Origin: a virus
Lineage: Duplodnaviria; Caudoviricetes
DNA length: 59,162 nucleotides
Strand: one strand, 5' to 3'
IMG/VR virus record: IMGVR_UViG_3300016474_000119
Location: 1-59,162 of that record
The position numbers were made by a program, and so were the translations under genes. Shown here one piece after another: positions 1 to 8,797 of this stretch. A model generated the notes under the pieces. That model ran no database searches, had not been told where the DNA came from, and saw only the letters and a list, made by a program, of their open reading frames with translations. Positions within the stretch are counted from its first letter, which is position 1. Every line of letters begins with the position of its first letter.

Positions 1-138
1 CGCGGTGTGACGACCGGTGAGCGTTTGCTTCACTTTGTTGAGAATCCGGCATACGCAGCGAAGAATCGCTACCAGTGCCCGGAAGAGATCGAAATGACGA
101 TCGAAAACTTTGAGAAACTTGTACCTATCGCCAAATAA
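1..138 (+). CDS. C-terminal part of the AAA_24/Sak4-like ATPase (continues from 58560-59162 across the circular junction)
   Basis: Frame 1 reads RGVTTGERLLHFVENPAYAAKNRY...IAK*. It joins in frame to ...GFNNTKN at the window end; AKNR is typical of this family's C-terminus. Confidence 0.85.
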   Translation, partial: RGVTTGERLLHFVENPAYAAKNRYQCPEEIEMTIENFEKLVPIAK

Positions 139-149
139 GGAGAACTACC

Positions 150-641
150 ATGGCTAAATTCGGTTTTGATGTAGCAGAAGTGGACGTTAACGAGCAGGTC
201 GGCGGTGGCAGCTACGCGCCGATTCCTCCGGGCGAGTATTATCTGAAGGCTCTGGATGCAGAAGAGAAAGAGACCAAAGATGGTACCGGCTCTTATATCA
301 ATGTGAAGTTCGAGGTTGCTAAAGGTGACCATGCCGGTCGCCTGCTCTGGCAGATCTTCAACATTAACAACAAGAGCGAGAAAGCGCAGAAGATTGGTCG
401 CCAGCAGCTGGTAGCGTGGGCTACTGCCTGCGGTAAACCGGACGCTGATGACACCGATAAGCTGCTGGACAAGGTGTTCCGCGCAGACGTCGAAATCCAG
501 AAAGGTCAAAACGGTTACGCGGACAGTAACCGTATTAAAGGTTTCCTGACCGGTGGCGATGATGCCCCGAAAGCTGCGCCCAAAGCAGCACCTAAGGCGT
601 CTGCAGCGCCGGCAGCGAAGTCTGCTAATCCTTGGGATTAA
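150..641 (+). CDS. DUF669-like single-stranded DNA-binding protein
   Basis: Motifs PIPPGEY...YINVKFEV and an AP-rich tail ending NPWD; GGAG RBS; lies between the AAA ATPase and the exonuclease. Confidence 0.75.
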   Translation: MAKFGFDVAEVDVNEQVGGGSYAPIPPGEYYLKALDAEEKETKDGTGSYINVKFEVAKGDHAGRLLWQIFNINNKSEKAQKIGRQQLVAWATACGKPDADDTDKLLDKVFRADVEIQKGQNGYADSNRIKGFLTGGDDAPKAAPKAAPKASAAPAAKSANPWD

Positions 642-746
642 GTTTCACGGGGAAGTGAAACCGCCCAGCCGGTAGTGGCGGTAGTAACACCGGCAGCGGG
701 GGCAACGAAGTCCTTTCAGACAGTGCTTTATTTGTTGTGACCCCGC
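642..746 (+). ncRNA. Candidate structured intergenic RNA (hairpin, H-type pseudoknot, long hairpin)
   Basis: Stems GTTTCAC/GTGAAAC (642-661); ACCGCC 660-665/GGCGGT 677-682 crossing GCCGGT 668-673/ACCGGC 689-694; GCGGGG 696-701/CCCCGC 741-746. Confidence 0.4.
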
Positions 747-767
747 ACTTTTAATTCAGGAGAAACG

Positions 768-1607
768 ATGGTAGCTCTACCACCTAGACCCGAGCAGCAG
801 ATTATAGATCGTATTTATGCTGCGATTGAGAAAGAGAAAGCGGATTCAGAAATTTATCTGGGTCGTCTCGGTTCTTCGTTCATCGGGGAAGAATGCATTC
901 GTAAAATTTGGCTAGACTGGAGAGGGTTCTCTAGAGAGAAGATCTCAGGTAGAATGTTGCGACTGTTTGACACCGGTCATCAGCAAGAAGCTAGAATCGT
1001 AGCTGACTTACGCCGAGCCGGGTTCGCCGTCTGGGACAAGCAAGACAACGGTAAACAGTTCGAGTTCTCAGATGAAACCGGGCATTTTGTGACCAAAATG
1101 GATGGTGTCATAAAAGATGTGCCGGAGTCTGAAAAGACAGCGCATGCTCTTGAAATCAAGACCCATAACAAGGACAGTTTCGCCTCTCTGGTTAAGAAAA
1201 CTGTAGAATACGCTAAGCCTGAGCACTACGCACAGGTGCAGATAACGATGGCGCTAGCCGGGCTGACCCGGACACTGTACGTCGCGGTCTGCAAGGATAA
1301 TGAGCAGTTCTACGTTGAGCGTATCAAGGAAGATAAAAAGTCACAGGACAAGCTCAAAACTAAAATCATCAAGCTGACTGAGGCTCGCATGCGTCCGGCA
1401 GGGTTGAGCGATGACGCCTCGTCATTCGGCTGCAAGTTCTGCGGTCATAAAGATGTTTGCACCCGGAAGGTAGAACCGCTGCGGAACTGTCGCACTTGCC
1501 GTATGTGTTACCCTGGGCAAAGCGGTACGTGGGTCTGCGAACTTAACAACCATACTCTGAGCTTCGACCAACAGCGTCTGGCTTGCGAACACTACGAGGG
1601 GTTATAA
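768..1607 (+). CDS. Cas4-like PD-(D/E)xK exonuclease
   Basis: N-terminal Cys (EECIRK), GHQQE, MDG...LEIKT, QVQ, and C-terminal CKFC/C/CRTC cysteine cluster. Confidence 0.8.
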   Translation: MVALPPRPEQQIIDRIYAAIEKEKADSEIYLGRLGSSFIGEECIRKIWLDWRGFSREKISGRMLRLFDTGHQQEARIVADLRRAGFAVWDKQDNGKQFEFSDETGHFVTKMDGVIKDVPESEKTAHALEIKTHNKDSFASLVKKTVEYAKPEHYAQVQITMALAGLTRTLYVAVCKDNEQFYVERIKEDKKSQDKLKTKIIKLTEARMRPAGLSDDASSFGCKFCGHKDVCTRKVEPLRNCRTCRMCYPGQSGTWVCELNNHTLSFDQQRLACEHYEGL

Positions 1608-2080
1608 TGATAACTATCGGAATTGATCCGGGTCTTACGGGTGCCGTAGGGGTGCTCCAGGATGGTCGTTTCGTGGGTGTAGAAGACATTCCGACCATTC
1701 TCAAGGGAACCGGGTCGGTGAAGCAGGAAGTTGACGCTGCTGGGCTAATTCGCCTACTTAAAGACCGATGCTCAGACCTGGACGTAGAAGTCGCCTTGGA
1801 GCGGGTAAATGCTATGCCTGGGCAGGGTGTGTCTAGTGTCTTCAGCCTAGGAGACAGTTTCGGTTGTATTCGAGCTTGTGTAACTGCTGTGAGGTTGCCT
1901 TTGAATTACGTAGCTCCGGTGACCTGGAAAAAGCACTTCAAGCTGACTAGTGACAAAGAGATGTCTCGAGCCTTAGCGGTGAGGCTGTTTCCCGAGGCAC
2001 CGATTAATCTGAAGAAACATAGTGACCGAGCAGAAGCATTGCTTATGGCTCGGTGGCTCTATGAAACCAAATTTGCTTAA
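1607..2080 (+). CDS. RuvC-like Holliday junction resolvase
   Basis: IGIDPG, ALERV, PVTWKK and DRAEALL motifs; ATG overlaps the upstream stop (TAATG). Confidence 0.8.
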   Translation: MITIGIDPGLTGAVGVLQDGRFVGVEDIPTILKGTGSVKQEVDAAGLIRLLKDRCSDLDVEVALERVNAMPGQGVSSVFSLGDSFGCIRACVTAVRLPLNYVAPVTWKKHFKLTSDKEMSRALAVRLFPEAPINLKKHSDRAEALLMARWLYETKFA

Positions 2081-2089
2081 GGGGCAGAT

Positions 2090-2287
2090 ATGAAAATTTC
2101 GCAACTCATCATGCGTTCGCAAGATCTTTTCAACAGCGAATATGTAACTTCTGACGTGAATAGCGCAAATCAGGAAAAGTGGGTTCGTGCTGTTCAGATT
2201 CTGGGTAATCGCTGGCTGCTAGCAAAAACGATGAAACGAGAAGAGTGCGTCGTCATCAAGCCTTCTTTCCCGGTGGAAACTGTCTAA
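2090..2287 (+). CDS. Hypothetical protein
   Basis: 65-aa ORF with RBS, in operon. Confidence 0.65.
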   Translation: MKISQLIMRSQDLFNSEYVTSDVNSANQEKWVRAVQILGNRWLLAKTMKREECVVIKPSFPVETV

Positions 2288-2472
2288 TGCCGTGGTGGTA
2301 TATCCGCAGCCTTCTCGGTCCTGGATTACACTGGGGTAGATCTCGAGAAGAACTGCGAGCAGCGATATCTCAAGCATATAAAGACCAAATGCCAGAAGCT
2401 GCTGAACATCTCCGTATAATACTAGATTTGCGGAATGAAGTGATGTTCGAAGAAAAAGAACCCCGCGACTAG
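2287..2472 (+). CDS. Hypothetical protein
   Basis: Start (MPWWY...) coupled to the upstream stop by TAATG. Confidence 0.55.
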   Translation: MPWWYIRSLLGPGLHWGRSREELRAAISQAYKDQMPEAAEHLRIILDLRNEVMFEEKEPRD

Positions 2473-2481
2473 CACGGGGTT
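2451..2481 (-). terminator. Rho-independent terminator where the two transcription units converge
   Basis: Stem AACCCCG 2459-2465/CGGGGTT 2475-2481, followed on the minus strand by CTTTTT. Confidence 0.6.
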
Positions 2482-2505
2482 AAATCTACCAAGCGGCAGA
2501 GGAGA

Positions 2506-4491
2506 CTATCGTTGCGATTCGGCTTCGATATCCGATTCGATGTCCGGACCGGGAGTGACTTCAACAGCGGGCAAAGACGGAAGTTCTTGCTCGATGTCTG
2601 GAGACTCTCCCGGAACCTGCGGAGCCGGGTGAATAGCGATTGCCGAACCGGTCGTTGCGCCTGATTCTCTAGCAGAGGCGCGGACAGCTTTAGGTTGAGA
2701 CTTTTTGGCTTGATCTTCCAGGAATTTGACCACGGTTGCTACTTCTTTAGGGTCTTTAGACATAAGCATGTTGGCCAGCTTCTCAGCGGTCTTCTCACCC
2801 ACTTCTCCGCGACGAATAGTCTGCGAGGCAAGATTGGTGAGACTTGGCCAGAAGCCGCCCGTAACAGCATTAGCGACTGCGTCGCCCACGCCACCGTTTT
2901 CATCCATTGCCTTTTGAGCCGCGAGACGACGAGCTGTCGGAGACCCGCCAAGAATCTTGTTAGCTTGGTGGTACAGTTCAGCTTCGCGCTGCATCGCAGC
3001 TTTGAACAGGTTGAATTCTCCAGCTGAACCGAACAGTGGCTGCAGCTTAGCCGCCATCTCCGGAGAATTGATAATTCTCTCAGCGGAATTGAAGTTGCTG
3101 GAGGGATTCATAATCTTGGAATACAGATTACGCGCCACACCGGTACGGAAGGCTTCTTTTTCAGCGTCACCCATCTTAGAAACCAGATTGATAACCTGCT
3201 CGTGATCTAGCTTGTTGAAGTCATCATAACCTTTACGCATAGCATCGAGGACTTCGATGTCTCCCGCGTAAGTCTTACGAGCATGCTTGTACGCCGGAAC
3301 ATTCTCATCAATCGCGTTGATGAAGACTTTACGCAGGTCTCGCAGCGAGTTCGCTTCAGCGGTAGACATACCTTGACCACGGAAACCGGATTCGATAGTC
3401 GCGTCAATTCCGCGTTTAATGTAGTCCAGGGTGCGGACGTCCGGCAACTGTTTTAGCTTCACGCCGATCGGATTCAGTTTATCGTCACGGACGACTTCGT
3501 AGATGTCTTGCAGCTTGTACTTAGTCGGGTCTTCCCCGCGCAACTTCGCAGCCATTGCTTCGGCGTCTGCGATATTCTTAGCTTTGTCAAAGAATCCCTT
3601 GAATGTAGGGTTGTTTAGCACCTCTAGGACTCGCGGGTCATCCACGGTTCCGTGAGCGTAGGCGTCTTCGTACAACGAGCCAGCTTTATCGCGGAGTTCC
3701 TTAACCATGCGCTGCTCATCGGCGTAATATTCGCCAGGTTTCAGACCTTTTACGGTCTGCTGGTAGGTTCGTTCACGAGCGCCAGCCTTTTGGCCTTTAA
3801 GGGTCTTTTCGACGGTTTTAGCACCTGCGCCGGGACGCTGGGCGACGGTCTCTGCCAAGTCGGCCAAGATCTCATCTGTATTGGCGATAACCGAAGGTAC
3901 GCCTAGCTGACGATCGCGAGCCATGCGAGCCTGAATGTCAGCCGGGGTGATTTTGGCTTGAGAAAGAGCTTCGCCCATCTTCTCACCAGCGCGACGAGTC
4001 ACGAAGGTTTCCGTAGGAGCCAGGCGTTCTCGCAGCCATCCTGCGCCACCTTTAGTAGCACGCATACCGACCGGGATAGCTACACCGAGAGTACCGCCGA
4101 CGAGGGCACCAGTGCCGGCTCCGGACAAGCGACCACCTTCAGTAGCAGAACCCGCACCGGAGATGCCGCCTGTCAAAGCACCGCTTGCAGCGAGGCGAGC
4201 GAGAGCACCTGCCGTGGAGCGTTGCAGTTGTGCACTACCGACGGTCTGGCCGCCCGGAACCAGCATCATCGCTACGCCCGGAGCCACTCCACCTACGAAC
4301 TCACCGATACCCGAAGCGTAAGGATGTTCTTTAGAAAACTGACCATATTCAGAACGAATCTTAGCCAGATTTCCTTCATAATTACCCTCTCCGAGCTTGG
4401 TGCGAAGCCATGCTTCAGCTTCATCGCCCCAGCCCGCACCGACACCCTGCCCAACAAGTGCGCGAGCGAGGTTAATTCCGTAGTCAGCCAT
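2506..4491 (-). CDS. Internal virion / DNA ejection protein
   Basis: 661 aa, Gly/Ala-rich amphipathic N-terminus and helical body; last gene of the structural operon, as in podoviruses. Confidence 0.6.
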   Translation of the reverse strand: MADYGINLARALVGQGVGAGWGDEAEAWLRTKLGEGNYEGNLAKIRSEYGQFSKEHPYASGIGEFVGGVAPGVAMMLVPGGQTVGSAQLQRSTAGALARLAASGALTGGISGAGSATEGGRLSGAGTGALVGGTLGVAIPVGMRATKGGAGWLRERLAPTETFVTRRAGEKMGEALSQAKITPADIQARMARDRQLGVPSVIANTDEILADLAETVAQRPGAGAKTVEKTLKGQKAGARERTYQQTVKGLKPGEYYADEQRMVKELRDKAGSLYEDAYAHGTVDDPRVLEVLNNPTFKGFFDKAKNIADAEAMAAKLRGEDPTKYKLQDIYEVVRDDKLNPIGVKLKQLPDVRTLDYIKRGIDATIESGFRGQGMSTAEANSLRDLRKVFINAIDENVPAYKHARKTYAGDIEVLDAMRKGYDDFNKLDHEQVINLVSKMGDAEKEAFRTGVARNLYSKIMNPSSNFNSAERIINSPEMAAKLQPLFGSAGEFNLFKAAMQREAELYHQANKILGGSPTARRLAAQKAMDENGGVGDAVANAVTGGFWPSLTNLASQTIRRGEVGEKTAEKLANMLMSKDPKEVATVVKFLEDQAKKSQPKAVRASARESGATTGSAIAIHPAPQVPGESPDIEQELPSLPAVEVTPGPDIESDIEAESQR

Positions 4492-5873
4492 TATTCGAGA
4501 CCTCCAGGAGCCGGTGTGGTTTCGCGATACAGACCTTGATTGATCTCGTTGAGACGCTTGTTTTCGCGCTCGCGACGAGTCTTGAGAGCCGCGTATGCGT
4601 TACGCATGATGATAGCTCTTTCTTCCTTACTCTTTGCGTCAATACCTTCAAGATCCAGCAGGATCTTACGCTCGCCTTCGGTCGGGTTTCCGCCGAACGA
4701 AGATTTGAGCTTGGCGAGACCCTGCTTACCGAGCAGATTAGCCTGCGTACGGGTGGCTATAACTTTTGGATCTTTACTTCCCGCAGCCTCAAGCAGCTTG
4801 AGCTGTGCCGTGTCAACCAGCGAGCTGTCGAATGTGTTAGGATTGAGCTTATAGGCTTGAGCCAGATCTTTAAGAGCCTGATCCATGTTAGCCAAATTAT
4901 CTTCGGCTTCGGTCTTCATTTTGACTTCGCCCGGAGTTAGCTTACCGGCTTGTTCTTTCTGGAAGCCAAACTTGTTCTGAGCTAGAGCCAGATTGGCCTG
5001 CTGAACCGACAGACCCGCCAAAGCCGTATTTATACCAGAAAGCTGCTTCTCAATATTCGTGTCCGCGATCTGCTTGACACGAGCTTGATACTCCGGAGTT
5101 CCCGGAGTCAGACCTTCGTCTTTAGCTTGTTTCCCGGCAGCAGATTCAGGTGCTCCGGATTTGATATACTGCTTAATCATCTCAGTGGCGATGGTTCGCT
5201 TATCTTTCATCTCTTCGCCAGCCAACGTGCGCAAGGTTCCCAGTTCTTCCTTAGCACCCTGCATTTTCAGCTTTTGAGCTTCCAGAGCCAGCTGCATGCG
5301 GAGTTGACGGTCAGCCGCCGTCGCTGCTCGGGACTCCTTGGCGTGCTCAGCCATAACCTGGCTGGCTTCGCCCAAGGACTCACCGAACTTCCCTGTCTTT
5401 GTCGGCTTCGCAAACGCTGCAGCAAGACGGAAGTACATCTCAGCTTTAGAAGGCTGTTCTGTACCTTTCTCCATCATTCCCGTCAAGAGCTTGTTGAATT
5501 GCTCAGTTTCAGTGGAAACTCTCTTGCGAGCTGCTTCGAGTTCCGGAGTGTACGTACCTGCTCCAGAGCCGTAGTATTTCTCAAGGAGCGGGGAAATGTC
5601 AGAAACCCTATTCGCCGGAGCCTGTTGAACAGGAGCCGCCACTCGGTTCATCATCGGTGGGCGAGGATAATTTGCAGCGTTGACAACCGGAGCCTGAGCA
5701 GGTGCTGAAACTTCACGAGTGGCGAACGGGTTCTGCACAACATCATTAGCCGCTAGCTGCAGACCGTCCAGGTCGTAACCCTCTGGCATTTCCGGAGCGC
5801 CACCTTCGGCGTAACCTTTTACGGCACCGCCCATGGCCATTTTTAGTCGATTCAGATGGTAACCCATGGTCAC
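4491..5873 (-). CDS. Internal virion / ejection protein
   Basis: 460-aa coiled-coil protein with N-terminal MAMGG and YAEGG motifs; operon position. Confidence 0.55.
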   Translation of the reverse strand: MTMGYHLNRLKMAMGGAVKGYAEGGAPEMPEGYDLDGLQLAANDVVQNPFATREVSAPAQAPVVNAANYPRPPMMNRVAAPVQQAPANRVSDISPLLEKYYGSGAGTYTPELEAARKRVSTETEQFNKLLTGMMEKGTEQPSKAEMYFRLAAAFAKPTKTGKFGESLGEASQVMAEHAKESRAATAADRQLRMQLALEAQKLKMQGAKEELGTLRTLAGEEMKDKRTIATEMIKQYIKSGAPESAAGKQAKDEGLTPGTPEYQARVKQIADTNIEKQLSGINTALAGLSVQQANLALAQNKFGFQKEQAGKLTPGEVKMKTEAEDNLANMDQALKDLAQAYKLNPNTFDSSLVDTAQLKLLEAAGSKDPKVIATRTQANLLGKQGLAKLKSSFGGNPTEGERKILLDLEGIDAKSKEERAIIMRNAYAALKTRRERENKRLNEINQGLYRETTPAPGGLE

Positions 5874-5876
5874 TCC

Positions 5877-6752
5877 TTAGCCCGTGAGACCTTTGTAGAC
5901 GCTGTACCCGGAAGCCAGCTGAGACAGCGGAGATGCCGAATAAGTCTGACCCGTAGAAGATCCAGACGATGAGGTCGTCGTGGGAACCGACGGAGCCATT
6001 CCGCGAACCTGAGCATTGAGCCAGTCGAGCTGGGTCTTCGGGTACTGCTGAGCAAGTTGGAACTGTTGATATTGCGAATCTAGTTCTCTCTGCCTTTGAG
6101 CTTGTTGCGCCTGACCCGCAGCCTCCAGAGCCGCCGCATCCGCAGTATTCATCTGTTGACCCTGCTGAGCCATCTGAGCCATTTGGCTGAGAGCGGACTG
6201 CTGGCGGGTGAGATCGGCTTGAGAAGCACCCAGAGCTTGGGTATAACCCTGCTGAGCCGCCTGAGTCTGCGCGTTTACGATAGCTTCTTGAGTATCTCGC
6301 AGTGCGCGGGAACCGAATTCACCCATACGACCGCTACCGAACTGCCCGGCACGAATGAACGTGTCAGAAACACCAGGTAGAAGGTTTTCAGTCAAATTAC
6401 GCGCACCCTGCTTAGCGATAACATCCAGAACACCCTGCTGGTAAGGGTTCATGTAATTCTGAATATTTGCCACGGATGAGGTGTTGGCGAGGTTCTGCGT
6501 GCCGGCTTGAGCCGTACCCATAGCCGGTTGCCAAGAACCCTGATTAGCTTTAATCTGGGAATACGCCTGCTGCTGTTCCGGAGTCATTCCGGCAACCAGC
6601 TGCCCTTGGTACTGTTGGAAAGGAGCGTTGGCAGTCTGAGTAGCCCACTGAATCTGGTTATAAATCGCATCCTGCATCCACTTCGGGGTCTGAGACGACG
6701 AAGTGGTGTAAGACGTTGCCGTCTGCGGAGTTCCTTCAAACAAGCTAGCCAT
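5877..6752 (-). CDS. Internal virion / DNA transfer protein (Gln-rich)
   Basis: Q/A-rich, with YMNPY and AGQFGSGR motifs that I recognise from podovirus pilot-type proteins. Confidence 0.55.
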   Translation of the reverse strand: MASLFEGTPQTATSYTTSSSQTPKWMQDAIYNQIQWATQTANAPFQQYQGQLVAGMTPEQQQAYSQIKANQGSWQPAMGTAQAGTQNLANTSSVANIQNYMNPYQQGVLDVIAKQGARNLTENLLPGVSDTFIRAGQFGSGRMGEFGSRALRDTQEAIVNAQTQAAQQGYTQALGASQADLTRQQSALSQMAQMAQQGQQMNTADAAALEAAGQAQQAQRQRELDSQYQQFQLAQQYPKTQLDWLNAQVRGMAPSVPTTTSSSGSSTGQTYSASPLSQLASGYSVYKGLTG

Positions 6753-8557
6753 TATACTGCTCCCTTGAGATAAGCCAGCGGAGATTTAGCGTTTGGGCTA
6801 AATTTACCACGGGCTAGGGTTTTACCTTTATGCTTACGAATCTGTTCACGCATCTGATCCAAACGCTGGGCACCCGCCTTACTGGAACCGTCTCCGAGCA
6901 GTGCAACCGTTTCAGCGTCCATTACGTATTCGCCATCAGACAGCCTGGCGTCGATAGTGTCGGCACGACCGGAACCAGAACCCTGCGCAAAACGCGCCAG
7001 CGGGGAAATAGAACCACCCTGAGCCTTTTTAACGGAATTATACTGCCCAGAAGTGATCTGTGGCCAGTTTTTGGCCATGAAAGTTCCTAGATCTTGATTG
7101 GCAGCTGTCGCATCGTTCTGCATTCTGTCCCAATCCCAAGAAATCGACGGACGATTGAAGTATTCTTGCTGATCGGGAGACAGTTTTTGAACCGCCTGCT
7201 GAACCGGCTGCGGAGCACTGCTCAGGGAACCTAAAAGTGCCGCACCTGCCAGGAGTTGCGTAGGGGAAATGTTACTCACCGCGTTCATAATTTTATTGGT
7301 GTAATCTGTTCCGCTCGGAGTTAGCAGGCCGCTTTGAGCCTCCATAGGCACGCTTTGCAAACCCGAACCGGAGCTGCCAATATTTGATCCCGCAGGAGCT
7401 TGTCCTGTTAGAGAGTAATCAATGTTTACGTTACCACTATAACTCGGTATTTTAGAAAGACTATATTGTGCAGCCGGATCACTGACTACGCTATCTTGAT
7501 ACACTGTAGGTTTCAAACCTTCAACAACCGCATCTGAAGGTTTCATTTTCAGACCTGGAGCGTTGTTAACTCGGGGAGAAGTCATCGCCGTAGCAATACC
7601 GCTCAGAGCACTACCGACAGCCGCTTCCTTGGGAGAATAACCGGCTGACATCATGTTACCGAAGGTTTTACCTGCCGCTTGAGTACCTGCACCAACCGCG
7701 CCAGTTCCGAGTTCTCCAAATTTTTGACCTGCATATGCCCCGAGAGCACCCTGAGCCGCACCTCTAAGCACGTTGCCACCCGTCAATGCGCCACTCATAC
7801 CGCCGACGATACCGCTACCGATAAGATTTTGCGCGGTATTACTCATAGTTGGAGCCAGAGTGCTACCGACCGCGCTACCGAGACCACCCGTCAGACCACC
7901 CAACAGAGCACCTTTAAGAGGGTCTCCACCGGTCAGAGCTGAAGTTCCAGCATTAAGTAGTGCGCCGCCGACGATAGACGCCGCCGTTCCTGACAGACCC
8001 ATTGCACCGCCGATAGCGGTTCCCACACCCGGAGCAATAACGCTCAGGGCGATAGGAGCAGCGATTTTAATCAGGCTACTAAACCAGCCATATTCCGGTA
8101 AACCGGTAGCAGGGTTGATACGACCAGAACCACCATGCATGCGGAGGATTTGAGCTTCTTCCGGGCTGATATGCGCCAGAATGCTGTCGCCGTTGCGACC
8201 CGCAGCGCGTAGTCGATTAGCAGCCTCAGCCAAGCCGCCGCGAGCGAACGCCTGCTGAGGTTGAGCTTGTGACTGACTACCTTGCATGCCGTACAGAAGT
8301 ACGAGTATAGACACGATCACCGTCGGATTGAATTGTTCCGGCAGATCTTCGGCATCAACCATACCGTCAGCGATAGCCGCTGCTCGAATCTGAGCGTATT
8401 GCTCAGGATTCTCCAGAGCCATCTCCAGCATACCGATGAGTTCTTCTAGACCTTCCGGCGTAACCGGCATGTCTCCGATCTGCTGCTGAAGCATCTGAAC
8501 CGCTTGTTGCACTCGCGGGTCAGCCTGCGCGATTTGCATAACCTGCTGCCTATCCAT
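6752..8557 (-). CDS. Internal virion protein with Gly-rich membrane-like segments and a tape-measure-type C-terminal motif
   Basis: GRNGDSILAHI...INPATGLPEY, glycine-zipper region, and GSGSGRADTIDARLSDGEYV. Confidence 0.6.
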   Translation of the reverse strand: MDRQQVMQIAQADPRVQQAVQMLQQQIGDMPVTPEGLEELIGMLEMALENPEQYAQIRAAAIADGMVDAEDLPEQFNPTVIVSILVLLYGMQGSQSQAQPQQAFARGGLAEAANRLRAAGRNGDSILAHISPEEAQILRMHGGSGRINPATGLPEYGWFSSLIKIAAPIALSVIAPGVGTAIGGAMGLSGTAASIVGGALLNAGTSALTGGDPLKGALLGGLTGGLGSAVGSTLAPTMSNTAQNLIGSGIVGGMSGALTGGNVLRGAAQGALGAYAGQKFGELGTGAVGAGTQAAGKTFGNMMSAGYSPKEAAVGSALSGIATAMTSPRVNNAPGLKMKPSDAVVEGLKPTVYQDSVVSDPAAQYSLSKIPSYSGNVNIDYSLTGQAPAGSNIGSSGSGLQSVPMEAQSGLLTPSGTDYTNKIMNAVSNISPTQLLAGAALLGSLSSAPQPVQQAVQKLSPDQQEYFNRPSISWDWDRMQNDATAANQDLGTFMAKNWPQITSGQYNSVKKAQGGSISPLARFAQGSGSGRADTIDARLSDGEYVMDAETVALLGDGSSKAGAQRLDQMREQIRKHKGKTLARGKFSPNAKSPLAYLKGAV

Positions 8558-8566
8558 ATAGCACCT

Positions 8567-8797
8567 TTAAGCTAGCGACCGGGCAAGCAGTTCTGCCCAG
8601 TCTCGCCAATCATCAAAATCGTACGGTAACGGTAAATTTCTACCTAGCGTCGTGTTGTTTAGAAACTGAACCGCCCAGTTTTGCCAATTAGATTCATCAT
8701 CGAGCCTACCTACAACCCCGTAAGGGTTCAAATCCAGAGCGATCTGGTCTGCCCAGTCTCGCAAGTTCATGTACGTCGGTCGGGTTATAGAGATCAT
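8567..8797 (-). CDS. Hypothetical virion-associated protein
   Basis: 76-aa Trp-rich ORF coupled to the upstream gene (ATGA). Confidence 0.65.
   Translation of the reverse strand: MISITRPTYMNLRDWADQIALDLNPYGVVGRLDDESNWQNWAVQFLNNTTLGRNLPLPYDFDDWRDWAELLARSLA

Noticed and set aside
768-1607. Cas4-like gene as evidence of a CRISPR-Cas system
   Set aside because: No repeat-spacer array or other cas genes seen; context (SSB, AAA ATPase, resolvase) is a standard phage recombination module.
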